From IMG/VR virus record IMGVR_UViG_2667527582_000001: DNA of 16,984 nt; one strand, 5' to 3'. Shown piece by piece: positions 6,666 through 13,957 of this stretch. The first letter of the stretch is position 1. Every line of letters starts with the position of its first letter. Made by a program: the position numbers and the translations under genes. Source of the stretch: a virus (taxonomy: Duplodnaviria; Heunggongvirae; Uroviricota; Caudoviricetes). The notes below the pieces were generated by a model that worked only from the letters and a program-made list of their open reading frames with translations, did not search any database and was not told the origin of the DNA.

Positions 6666-7658
6666 TCACCCCCTGAATCCTGCCGGGATCTGGCTGTAGT
6701 CCACGTTGTCGTAACTGGATTTGAAATATGGGTCTTCGCGTTTTTCTGTGTATGTGCTGACGGACGGCGATAAGCGCAGGGAAAGCTCATCCCATTTTTC
6801 CCGCAGCTTCGACGGGCTGAGCACGTTACGGCACCAGAACGGATCGCGGCTGACGCGGCTGTACATCTCGCAGATTTGTTTGTGAGTACGACCATCCTGC
6901 ACACACATCAGGCGAATTTCGTTTGCCCAGGCTGTCCAGTTCGGTTCTTTGGGACGAACCACCTCGCCGTCACATTCGGCGGCCTGCTCGTACAGGGCGA
7001 TGATTTTTTTCCAGAGCCACTGTGCGCAGGTCAAATCATCCTGCGTTCCCCACTGGCGCTTTTTAGGGCTGAATACAACCGCATCAGGATGGCGAGTTAA
7101 AAACTCCTGTTCAGCCGTTTGCGTGTCCGGTTGCGAAGCGTCCGGACGAGAAGAGGTTTTATTCTCTGTAGTAATCTCTGTTGTATTCTCTGTAAGATCA
7201 TTGGGCCATTTTGACCCGATGACAGCGTGTCGTTTTGAACCAATGGATCGTGTCATTTTGCGCCCATCCATCAGGTCACTTTGACCCGATGGAGAAGTGC
7301 ATTTTGACCTGATGGATTCGTTCACTTTGACCTCTTCTAAAAGCTCACTTTCATAGTTGATCGTGTAGAAGTTGGTCATGTCACGCTTCGATTTATTGAG
7401 TTGCTCGCGACGCAAAACCCCAAGTGATTTCAGGCTTGCAAATGTGCGTTTCAGAGTGGACTCTGACCAGAACGGAAACTGCTCCAGCCACTGTTCTGTC
7501 GTGTTATAAACCCAGCGAATTCCGCCATGCTCAGTGCCTGAATTCGTTTCATTCAGCCAGTAATGAAGCTGCTGCAACACAATTGCCTCATTCAGACCAA
7601 TACGGCATGCAAGATCACGATTTATCACAATGGGCTGGGATGTCATTAACAGGCTCAT
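6666..7658 (-). CDS. Replication initiator (lambda O-like / replisome organiser), 330 aa, with the origin iterons inside its coding sequence
   Basis: Sits where lambda O sits (after cro/cII). N-terminus MSLLMTSQPIVINRDLACRIGLNEAIVLQQLHYWLNE...; iteron array falls in a low-complexity linker (residues ~108-150). GGAGGT SD; ATGA overlap with the upstream small ORF. Confidence 0.7.
   Translation of the reverse strand: MSLLMTSQPIVINRDLACRIGLNEAIVLQQLHYWLNETNSGTEHGGIRWVYNTTEQWLEQFPFWSESTLKRTFASLKSLGVLRREQLNKSKRDMTNFYTINYESELLEEVKVNESIRSKCTSPSGQSDLMDGRKMTRSIGSKRHAVIGSKWPNDLTENTTEITTENKTSSRPDASQPDTQTAEQEFLTRHPDAVVFSPKKRQWGTQDDLTCAQWLWKKIIALYEQAAECDGEVVRPKEPNWTAWANEIRLMCVQDGRTHKQICEMYSRVSRDPFWCRNVLSPSKLREKWDELSLRLSPSVSTYTEKREDPYFKSSYDNVDYSQIPAGFRG
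7158..7196. repeat. AT-rich segment with three TCTCTGT direct repeats next to the iterons (candidate DNA-unwinding region)
   Basis: attctctgta / atctctgttg / attctctgtaag in succession; lies on the downstream side of the iterons in the coding orientation, as the AT-rich region does in ori-lambda. Confidence 0.45.
7207..7338. repeat. Iteron array: six direct repeats (consensus about cAyTTTGACCyGATGG) at 23-24-bp spacing, putative phage replication origin
   Basis: cattttgacccgatg at 7207, cgttttgaaccaatgg at 7231, cattttg (degenerate) at 7254, cactttgacccgatgg at 7277, cattttgacctgatgg at 7300, cactttgacctc at 7323. Confidence 0.8.
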
Positions 7659-7879
7659 GCCGCACCTCCGAGATGCTTCATGTTTTTTCCGGAGCGAAAG
7701 GCTATAAGCGGCATACTGACGCGGTAATTACGGCCCAGCGGTTCACAAATCACCTTCTGACATTCACGGTCAACCAGGCTAACACGTAGAACATGCCCTG
7801 CAGGCGTGGTGTACCACTGACCGGGGCGAGGACAACGGAAAGTCTGATTGGTAAATCGTTTGAAAATATTCCGGATCAT
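7655..7879 (-). CDS. Hypothetical small protein, 74 aa, translationally coupled between the Rha-like and O-like genes
   Basis: ATG overlaps the Rha stop (ATGA) and its stop overlaps the O-like ATG (ATGA). No recognisable motif. Confidence 0.45.
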   Translation of the reverse strand: MIRNIFKRFTNQTFRCPRPGQWYTTPAGHVLRVSLVDRECQKVICEPLGRNYRVSMPLIAFRSGKNMKHLGGAA

Positions 7880-8421
7880 TTGCGCCCCCTTACCTCTGAA
7901 GAGTTCAGCGACGAATGAATAAGACGGGCAAGAAATGCCGCATCGTTAATTCGGTCATACAGACTTACAGCCAGAGGTGATTCAGCTTTTTCCAGCATGG
8001 GATAAAGCTGCTGCAACCAGACCTGATGAATTGATGAAATGTAGGAATAGAGAACGCTGGCGTTATGTGCAACGTCGCTCGGTACAGCGGGCTTTGAAAG
8101 CTGTTTCTCCATCTGGTTAAAGGCATTGATGTATGCCTCTTTGAACTGGGCAGCACGTTTACCCGTGAAACCCATAGCAAGAAACGCAAAGCCGTCGCGG
8201 GTTATTTGATAGCAAGGTAGTTTGCGGCCTGTGCAATCGGTGTAATCACTCACCGAAAAATTGCGGGCAGTGAATGATGCGGAACATTCAAGCGTGCGGA
8301 TCTTTTTCAGTACATCGTCATGACGTTTGGAGAAGAAGTTGGCAACAGCCAGGGATGAAGTAACAGCCTGACCATCAACGATGGCAATTTCAGGTTGAGT
8401 GAGGGTTGGGATCGTAGCCAT
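7876..8421 (-). CDS. Rha-family phage regulatory protein, 181 aa if started at the internal ATG
   Basis: MATIPTLTQPEIAIVDGQAVTSSLAVANFFSKRHDDVLKKIRTL...YQITRDGFAFLAMGFTGKRAAQFKEAYINAFNQME matches the Rha signature. ATG at 8421 has GGAG 9 nt upstream. The stop-to-stop ORF continues in frame to 9024, but that extension is low in charged residues and TTA-rich. Confidence 0.6.
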   Translation of the reverse strand: MATIPTLTQPEIAIVDGQAVTSSLAVANFFSKRHDDVLKKIRTLECSASFTARNFSVSDYTDCTGRKLPCYQITRDGFAFLAMGFTGKRAAQFKEAYINAFNQMEKQLSKPAVPSDVAHNASVLYSYISSIHQVWLQQLYPMLEKAESPLAVSLYDRINDAAFLARLIHSSLNSSEVRGRK

Positions 8422-9020
8422 GATGGCAGTCTCCGATAACAGTGAATTACCTTCACCACCGGAAACGCCAATTTCGCTGGTGGTGAACTGAACGGGGTTG
8501 GCGTAACCGGCGTTATCGGAAACCGGCGCACCTTTCGGTGCCCCCGTCCAGCCCACCATAATTTGGGTGTGCACAGACGCAGACGATAAAAAAGACGCTG
8601 GCGCGTCATATATCGCCGATAACATTTCCAGGACGCCAATCCCGACACCCGCTTTATAAGGTGCCTGAACAGTGTAACGTCCCGGAATGGCAGAATCAAT
8701 GTGCTGGTGGTCCTTCACACTCAACAAAATCACGCCTGAATTTCCACAAAGGACTAAAGCACTCATGCGGGTAGTCTTTGCGAAGATAGATAACGCGCTG
8801 TGTTTCTGGCTCCCAACGAATAACATGGACATAAAGCCCTCTTCCGTCACGAAACCAGCGGTTAAGTTCCTGCACAACTCGCCCCCCACAGTCAGGTAAA
8901 GTTCTCTGTGGTTACTTACAGCCAGGTGATTTGGTAATCTGCATTCATGCCGTAACAACAGGTGTTCAGCGACGCTGACCACCAGCTGTTGCGACAAACG
9001 GTTATTTGCCGTTAAACTGT

Positions 9021-9584
9021 TCATGCGTTAGTTTCTCCACAGACACAAAACGCCACGACGCCCGGAGCTGCACACTCGCGGGCGTCACTCTTTTCTGGAG
9101 CGCAAAAGATTTTGTAGACCAGTGCTGCATGCTCCTGGAGCTTCGAAATTGACAGATACAACTCATCATTAATTGCTGTCTGCTCGTGTGGCTCCACTAC
9201 CCCATCTTCGATTGCCGAACGAATCTGCTTTGAGTAACTCCCGATCTGTTCGATGACTTCCAGCAGGCGCTGGTTTATATCGGCGTTCTCTACTTCCTCA
9301 AGTTCAGGAAGCGATACAAACACCCCACCAGCAGACTGTGCGACAGCATCCGCAATGTAGTGAGTGCCAGCCGCGCGCTGTAAAATCATTGCCCATCCCA
9401 GCGGGAAAATCTGATCGCCATCTGCACGAAGGCGGTTGAATAAAGCGTTCTCTGTTACATCCAGCCACTCAGCAGCTTCAGCGTAACCTCCCGGCAACGC
9501 CGCGATAGTTTTTCTGACAGCTTTCACGTACCACTCAGGCTGTTTTTCTACTTTCCAGTGATGCTTACCCACGGTTAGCCTCAT
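9021..9584 (-). CDS. CII-like early regulatory protein (assigned by position and size only), 187 aa
   Basis: Follows cro in the cII position; stop overlaps the next ORF's ATG. Family assignment not verifiable by eye; weak SD. Confidence 0.4.
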   Translation of the reverse strand: MRLTVGKHHWKVEKQPEWYVKAVRKTIAALPGGYAEAAEWLDVTENALFNRLRADGDQIFPLGWAMILQRAAGTHYIADAVAQSAGGVFVSLPELEEVENADINQRLLEVIEQIGSYSKQIRSAIEDGVVEPHEQTAINDELYLSISKLQEHAALVYKIFCAPEKSDARECAAPGVVAFCVCGETNA

Positions 9585-9615
9585 CGTTCTGTGGTTAAAA
9601 ATTGAAGGTGTTCTG

Positions 9616-9816
9616 TTAATCTTTCGGATAGATATCCGGTCTTAAGTCAGATTTCGTAATTGCACCTGACGTGCATTGCTCAAGTTTTTTAGCCAGCACA
9701 AAACTGGCTTTTTTATAACCATTGAAAACCAGCCGTAAGTAGCCTGGTGTTGAGCCAACTTTTCCGGCCAACTCGCCCTGCTGTTCTTTGGTTAAAGAGT
9801 CCCAATACGCTTTCAT
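9616..9816 (-). CDS. Cro-like HTH regulator, 66 aa
   Basis: MKAYWDSLTKEQQGELAGKVGSTPGYLRLVFNGYKKASFVLAKKLEQCTSGAITKSDLRPDIY has a Cro/YdaS-like HTH pattern. ATG at 9816 preceded by GGAGGT; divergent from the repressor gene across an operator-bearing intergenic region. The longer track ORF (to 10119) is an artefactual extension. Confidence 0.7.
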   Translation of the reverse strand: MKAYWDSLTKEQQGELAGKVGSTPGYLRLVFNGYKKASFVLAKKLEQCTSGAITKSDLRPDIYPKD

Positions 9817-9821
9817 ACAAT

Positions 9822-9840
9822 ATGTACCTCCGATATACAT
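9822..9840. promoter_or_regulatory. Operator-like 19-bp site 1 (ATGTACC-N5-ATATACAT), overlapping the cro SD and the putative PR -10
   Basis: atgtacctccgatatacat; shares the ATGTACC ... TACAT dyad with the sites at 9872 and 10626. Confidence 0.55.
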
Positions 9841-9866
9841 ATTACATGATTGAGATGAACCTTCAA
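9839..9866 (-). promoter_or_regulatory. Putative PR-like promoter for cro
   Basis: On the minus strand: TTGAAG (-35), 16-nt spacer, TAATAT (-10), about 20 nt before the cro SD. Assigned by eye. Confidence 0.4.
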
Positions 9867-9871
9867 GATAC

Positions 9872-9890
9872 TTGTACCCTATCGGTACAA
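9872..9890. promoter_or_regulatory. Operator-like 19-bp site 2, perfect dyad TTGTACC-CTATC-GGTACAA
   Basis: Perfect 7-bp inverted repeat around a 5-bp spacer, between the divergent cro and cI starts. Confidence 0.6.
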
Positions 9891-9900
9891 AGGTTTTAAT
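9872..9900 (+). promoter_or_regulatory. Putative PRM-like promoter for the repressor gene, predicting a leaderless mRNA
   Basis: TTGTAC (-35, inside operator site 2), 17-nt spacer, TTTAAT (-10) ending 6 nt before the repressor ATG at 9907. This puts the transcript start at or next to the ATG, as for lambda PRM. Confidence 0.35.
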
Positions 9901-9906
9901 TTCGTT

Positions 9907-10581
9907 ATGAAAACAGTCCATGACATCCGGCGGTCTAACGCCAGAAAACTGAGAGATGGTGTTGGCGGGAATTCTTCCTTTGCCACCATGATTGATCGCG
10001 AGCCAACCCAGACCAGCAGGTTTATGGGAGATGGTGCTACTAAAAATATCGGTGACAGCATGGCACGGCACATCGAAAAATGTTTCGACCTGCCTGTCGG
10101 ATGGCTTGATCAAGAACACCAGACAACAAACATCACAAAAAAACCTGATGTTTCAATTACTAACAAACAAATAACGTTAGTCCCTGTCATATCATGGGTA
10201 CAGGCCGGAGCATGGAAAGAAGTTGGCTATTCTGAGGTTGATTTGAGCACAGCAGAAACTTATCCCTGCCCTGTACCCTGTGGCGAAATGACTTATATCT
10301 TGCGGGTGATTGGTGATTCAATGATTGATGAGTACCGCCCGGGAGACATGATTTTTGTTGATCCTGAAGTCCCTGCCTGCCACGGTGACGACGTTATTGC
10401 ATTGATGCACGATACAGGCGAAACCACCTTCAAGCGGTTGATAGAAGATGGAACACAGCGTTACCTCAAAGCATTAAACCCAAACTGGCCTGAACCTTAC
10501 ATTAAGATCAACGGTAATTGCTCTATAATTGGTACAGTGATTTTCTCAGGAAAACCAAGAAGATACAAAATAAAGGCCTAA
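9907..10581 (+). CDS. CI-like prophage repressor: N-terminal HTH plus C-terminal S24 (LexA-like) autopeptidase domain, 224 aa
   Basis: C-terminal LRVIGDSMIDEYRPGDMIFVDPEV... is the S24 peptidase pattern (catalytic Ser in GDSM, a Lys further downstream). N-terminal region is HTH-like. Divergent from cro. Confidence 0.8.
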   Translation: MKTVHDIRRSNARKLRDGVGGNSSFATMIDREPTQTSRFMGDGATKNIGDSMARHIEKCFDLPVGWLDQEHQTTNITKKPDVSITNKQITLVPVISWVQAGAWKEVGYSEVDLSTAETYPCPVPCGEMTYILRVIGDSMIDEYRPGDMIFVDPEVPACHGDDVIALMHDTGETTFKRLIEDGTQRYLKALNPNWPEPYIKINGNCSIIGTVIFSGKPRRYKIKA

Positions 10582-10593
10582 TCAATATTTATA

Positions 10594-10616
10594 ACCTGCT
10601 TCGGCAGGTTTTTTTA
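10594..10616 (+). terminator. Rho-independent terminator after the repressor gene
   Basis: acctgc-ttcg-gcaggt hairpin followed by TTTTTTT. Confidence 0.75.
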
Positions 10617-10619
10617 TAC

Positions 10620-10647
10620 TTGACAATGTACCCTTGAGATACATAAT
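10620..10647 (+). promoter_or_regulatory. Strong sigma70 PL-like promoter reading rightward into the early-left (yfdP-side) operon
   Basis: TTGACA (10620-10625, 6/6), 16-nt spacer, CATAAT (10642-10647, 5/6). Overlapped by operator site 3. Confidence 0.65.
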
Positions 10648-10652
10648 GTATC
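10626..10652. promoter_or_regulatory. Operator-like site 3 (ATGTACC-N5-GATACAT) overlapping a 15-bp perfect palindrome GATACAT-A-ATGTATC across the -10
   Basis: atgtacccttgagatacat (10626-10644) shares the operator consensus; gatacataatgtatc (10638-10652) is a perfect palindrome. Confidence 0.5.
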
Positions 10653-10654
10653 TA

Positions 10655-11084
10655 AAAGAAACATAACACAGGCAAGATTAAACTAAATTTGGTTGTAACA
10701 CGGCGTATGGCACATGCGTCGTTAGCGGTCTGGGGACGTTAAAGGGGACAATCCACTCCTTGCTCGAGCAAACAAACCAGGTAGCCGGAATGTGCAAGTC
10801 AATGATGATGCTGATAAGACGCCTAACCAGCGTGGCGATTCGGTTTGACGCCTGGGAAGAGACCAGGGTGCAACGATGAGGGCATTTATGGAACCGCGAC
10901 AAAGTGTGGTGCCGTAACTGGCTAAGTGCTCTCAGCGTTGTGGTGAATGCGCAGGCTGATGCGCGAAAGACATTGCAGCTATTGCGGAAAAGAGCTGTTC
11001 GGCGGGGCAATTAAACGCCCGTGAGAGTCTGAAATAACCGCAAGCCGGAGATCAGCACCGGTCACCACAACAGCCACTGCTTTG
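10655..11084 (+). ncRNA. Long untranslated leader / candidate non-coding RNA transcribed from the PL-like promoter
   Basis: About 430 nt from the predicted start to a strong intrinsic terminator, relatively GC-rich, with no ORF of 60 aa or more on the plus strand and only short SD-less ORFs (11-29 aa). No N-like gene where lambda has N. Confidence 0.3.
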
Positions 11085-11130
11085 GCGGTACCAGTTTGTA
11101 CACTTGCTTCCGGCTGGTACCGCTCTTTTT
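11085..11130 (+). terminator. Intrinsic terminator inside the early-left leader
   Basis: Perfect 10-bp stem gcggtaccag (11085-11094) / ctggtaccgc (11114-11123), 19-nt loop, then TCTTTTT. Confidence 0.6.
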
Positions 11131-11131
11131 A

Positions 11132-11218
11132 CAAAACAGAGAAGAGCATCACCGGACGACGGGCTCATAACCCAATCCATCCGGGCGGCTGCCACCGCAG
11201 GTGTTCTTCTCTGTTTTG
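11132..11218 (+). promoter_or_regulatory. Long-range 14-bp perfect stem enclosing ~59 nt of GC-rich sequence, just upstream of the yfdP-like SD
   Basis: caaaacagagaaga (11132-11145) pairs perfectly with tcttctctgttttg (11205-11218). Confidence 0.45.
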
Positions 11219-11267
11219 TGGAGAAACTAACCGACCTTGCAGGGTCGATATGATGAGGAGCAGCAAA

Positions 11268-11630
11268 ATGGCTAGCGAACGCAGTACTGATGTGCAGGCA
11301 TTTATCGGGGAGCTGGACGGCGGCGTATTTGAAACCAAAATCGGCGCAGTTCTCAGTGAAGTCGCTTCCGGTGTGATGAACACGAAAACCAAAGGTAAGG
11401 TCTCGCTCAACCTGGAAATCGAACCATTTGATGAGAACCGTGTGAAAATCAAACACAAACTCTCATATGTTCGCCCGACTAACCGCGGGAAAATTTCCGA
11501 AGAAGACACCACCGAAACACCGATGTATGTCAATCGCGGTGGTCGCCTGACTATTCTGCAGGAAGACCAGGGACAATTACTGACTCTTGCCGGTGAACCT
11601 GACGGAAAACTACGCGCAGCAGGTCATTAA
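11268..11630 (+). CDS. YfdP-like hypothetical protein, 120 aa
   Basis: ATG at 11268 preceded by GAGGAG at 7 nt; the track ORF start at 11082 is an upstream TTG running through the terminator. Length matches my recollection of YfdP. Confidence 0.6.
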   Translation: MASERSTDVQAFIGELDGGVFETKIGAVLSEVASGVMNTKTKGKVSLNLEIEPFDENRVKIKHKLSYVRPTNRGKISEEDTTETPMYVNRGGRLTILQEDQGQLLTLAGEPDGKLRAAGH

Positions 11631-11695
11631 TATCGTTCTTAATTAACTGATTATTTATCTCATCACTGAATATCTTTATATAGTGAGGACTGATT

Positions 11696-12520
11696 ATGTC
11701 TCATAACTTAGACGCAACCGCAATTAATCAAATCCATGCCCTTATTTCTGCTCAGGGTGTTAATGAAATCATCAGTAAGATTGGTGCCGATGCTGTGGCA
11801 TTGCCTGAGAATTTCCGCATTCATGATCTGGAAAAATTTAATTTAAATCGTTTCCGTTTCCGTGGTGCGCTTTCCACTGCCAGCATCGATGACTTTACCC
11901 GTTATTCTAAAGATCTTGCAGATGAAGGCACCCGCTGCTTTATCGATGCCGATAATATGCGTGCCGTCAGTGTGCTTAACCTGGGTACTATTGATGAGCC
12001 AGGTCACGCAGATAACACTGCCACTCTCAAACTGAAAAAGACAGCACCGTTCTCTGCTCTGTTGTCTGTTAATGGCGAGCGTAACTCCCAGAAGTCACTG
12101 GCAGAATGGATTGAAGACTGGGCCGACTACCTTGTGGGCTTTGATGCTAATGGTGACACCATTCAGGCAACCAAAGCGGCTGCGGCGATCCGTAAAATCA
12201 CAATTGAAGCGAACCAGACCGCTGATTTTGAAGATAATGACTTCAGCGGCAAACGCTCCCTGATGGAGTCTGTCGAAGCGAAGACCAAAGACATTATGCC
12301 AGTGGCATTTGAATTTAAATGCGTTCCGTTTGAAGGCCTGAAAGAACGTCCATTTAAATTACGCCTCAGCATTATCACTGGCGATCGTCCTGTACTGGTT
12401 CTGCGCATTATTCAGCTGGAAGCGGTGCAGGAAGAAATGGCTAACGAATTTCGTGATCTGCTTGTTGAGAAATTCAAAGACAGCAAAGTAGAAACCTTTA
12501 TTGGTACTTTCACCGCCTGA
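11696..12520 (+). CDS. YfdQ-like protein (DUF2303-type), 274 aa
   Basis: Clean ORF with GAGGA SD; length and N-terminus [12 protein letters not shown]... match my recollection of E. coli YfdQ (not checked). Confidence 0.65.
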   Translation: MSHNLDATAINQIHALISAQGVNEIISKIGADAVALPENFRIHDLEKFNLNRFRFRGALSTASIDDFTRYSKDLADEGTRCFIDADNMRAVSVLNLGTIDEPGHADNTATLKLKKTAPFSALLSVNGERNSQKSLAEWIEDWADYLVGFDANGDTIQATKAAAAIRKITIEANQTADFEDNDFSGKRSLMESVEAKTKDIMPVAFEFKCVPFEGLKERPFKLRLSIITGDRPVLVLRIIQLEAVQEEMANEFRDLLVEKFKDSKVETFIGTFTA

Positions 12521-12533
12521 TTTCATTACTGCA

Positions 12534-12555
12534 AATGCCCCTGCGGGGGCATTTA
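12534..12555 (+). other. Intercistronic hairpin (weak terminator or RNA-stability element)
   Basis: aaatgcccc-tgcg-ggggcattt, 9-bp stem with tetraloop, short T-run only. Confidence 0.4.
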
Positions 12556-12647
12556 TGGAAACGTAATTAACTCAATAATCACCGAATGGTGAGGGCTTCC
12601 TTTTACCAGAATTCAGCGCGGTGCAGTGCATATACGTGGAGAACAAA

Positions 12648-13184
12648 ATGTCATTTATTAAAACTTTTTCCGGGAAGCATTTTTATTATGACAAGATAAA
12701 TAAAGACGACATCGTTATTAACGATATCGCGGTTTCCCTTTCAAATATCTGTCGCTTTGCAGGACATCTTTCACACTTCTACAGCGTCGCCCAACATGCG
12801 GTGCTTTGCAGCCAGCTGGTACCGCAGGAATTTGCTTTTGAAGCGTTAATGCATGATGCAACAGAAGCATATTGTCAGGACATCCCCGCACCACTGAAAC
12901 GCCTTCTTCCTGACTATAAACGGATGGAAGAAAAAATAGACGCCGTAATCCGTGAGAAATACGGGTTACCTCCTGTTATGAGCACGCCAGTGAAATATGC
13001 CGATCTCATTATGCTGGCAACCGAACGCCGCGATCTCGGGCTTGATGATGGTTCTTTCTGGCCTGTACTGGAAGGTATCCCGGCGACAGAGATGTTCAAA
13101 GTTATTCCACTGTCACCAGGCCATGCCTACGGGATGTTTATGGAACGTTTTAACGAGTTATCGGGGTTACGCAAATGCGCATGA
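12648..13184 (+). CDS. HD-domain phosphohydrolase (YfdR-like), 178 aa
   Basis: HD-type metal-binding pattern (CRFAGH ... AQHA ... MHDATEAY). ATG at 12648 preceded by GGAG; track start 12621 is GTG. Confidence 0.7.
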   Translation: MSFIKTFSGKHFYYDKINKDDIVINDIAVSLSNICRFAGHLSHFYSVAQHAVLCSQLVPQEFAFEALMHDATEAYCQDIPAPLKRLLPDYKRMEEKIDAVIREKYGLPPVMSTPVKYADLIMLATERRDLGLDDGSFWPVLEGIPATEMFKVIPLSPGHAYGMFMERFNELSGLRKCA

Positions 13185-13762
13185 ATGTTTTCGAAATGGA
13201 AGGGTTTCTTCGCGGGAAATGTGTACCGCGAGATCTGAAAGTGAACGAAACAAACGCTGAGTACCTGGTGCGTAAATTTGCTGAAGCTGAGGCCAAGTGC
13301 GCGGCGCTGGCTGAACGTATCGAAGAGTTACAGACAAAACCTACGCCAGATTCGTTTGGCATCATCGGTGAAAACATTCGAACACAGGATAATCGAATAA
13401 CGTCAGACCCTATGTTTTGTGTGTATCAAAAGCGCGAAATTGTTGTTGATGCTGATTATGACTATGACCGGATTGTCTGGGTTGATGAAGATAGCAATGA
13501 AGCCAATAAACTCCAAAGTCGTCGTCTCGAACTACTTCATGAAAACTTTCGGGAACCACCAGAAAAATGGCGGCGCGTTGCTGTGAAAGATATTGATGAA
13601 TTCGTTACCTGCTGTTTCACCGAACAGGGTTGTAAAGACTACCTGGCAGCCAATGGTCACAATCTTCGCTTGCCATTTATATATGTAAAAAGCGGTTTCA
13701 GGAACGCTGAATATATCGGCATAAGAAACTGGCTTGCTGGCATTCGCATCAAAGGAGAGTGA
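13181..13762 (+). CDS. Hypothetical protein (~193 aa) with an N-terminal coiled-coil-like segment, possibly Ead/Ea22-like
   Basis: ATG at 13181 overlaps the HD-gene stop (ATGA); ATG at 13175 is an alternative. N-terminal KFAEAEAKCAALAERIEELQ is coiled-coil-like; family guess is weak. Confidence 0.5.
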   Translation: MNVFEMEGFLRGKCVPRDLKVNETNAEYLVRKFAEAEAKCAALAERIEELQTKPTPDSFGIIGENIRTQDNRITSDPMFCVYQKREIVVDADYDYDRIVWVDEDSNEANKLQSRRLELLHENFREPPEKWRRVAVKDIDEFVTCCFTEQGCKDYLAANGHNLRLPFIYVKSGFRNAEYIGIRNWLAGIRIKGE

Positions 13763-13763
13763 G

Positions 13764-13955
13764 ATGATCGGACAAATATCAATTGTTCGACCGGGAGCAT
13801 GTGACGATCGCGAGATACGAATGATTATTCGTCTGGCAATAGGGAAAACAATAACTGCTCTCATTACTCCTGAAAATCTCGCATTAGCGTTAACAGGAAA
13901 GTCAGACCTGCCAGTAGAGCTAAAGCTGCGAAATATTGAGATTAAAGTGAAATAG
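13764..13955 (+). CDS. Hypothetical small protein, 63 aa
   Basis: ATG at 13764 preceded by AGGAG, 1 nt after the upstream stop; the track ORF starts further upstream in the same frame. Confidence 0.5.
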   Translation: MIGQISIVRPGACDDREIRMIIRLAIGKTITALITPENLALALTGKSDLPVELKLRNIEIKVK

Positions 13956-13957
13956 TT

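Noticed and set aside
8687-8899. Plus-strand 70-aa ORF within the CII-like/Rha-like interval
   Set aside because: It would be antisense inside a tightly coupled minus-strand operon and mirrors a protein-like minus-strand frame; kept as part of the ambiguous-region finding, not annotated as a gene.
9616-10119. 167-aa minus-strand ORF extending the cro-like gene upstream across the operator region and into the repressor gene
   Set aside because: The extension would run through the cI/cro operators and antisense into cI; the internal ATG at 9816 has a strong GGAGGT SD and gives a Cro-sized 66-aa product.
10790-10830. Hammerhead-like CUGAUAAG string in the leader
   Set aside because: Does not match the CUGAUGAG core and lacks the required flanking helices; considered chance.
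10678-11010. 110-aa minus-strand ORF inside the early-left leader
   Set aside because: Antisense to the PL-like transcript, no SD, Ser/Thr/Arg/Leu-rich low-complexity translation; probably spurious, though it cannot be fully excluded.
10697-11020. Short plus-strand ORFs in the leader (11, 29, 13 and 25 codons), considered as a possible N-like antiterminator
   Set aside because: None has a credible SD or an arginine-rich motif of N-protein length; reported only as part of the leader-RNA finding.
11082-11267. TTG-initiated N-terminal extension of the yfdP-like ORF
   Set aside because: The extension begins inside the terminator hairpin, has Cys/Arg-rich improbable sequence, and a good GAGGAG SD sits in front of the internal ATG at 11268.
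12997-13377. ORFs 12997..13260 (+), 12914..13099 (-) and 13150..13377 (-) overlapping the HD-domain and following genes
   Set aside because: Alternative-frame or antisense overlaps of better-supported CDSs, with no SD.
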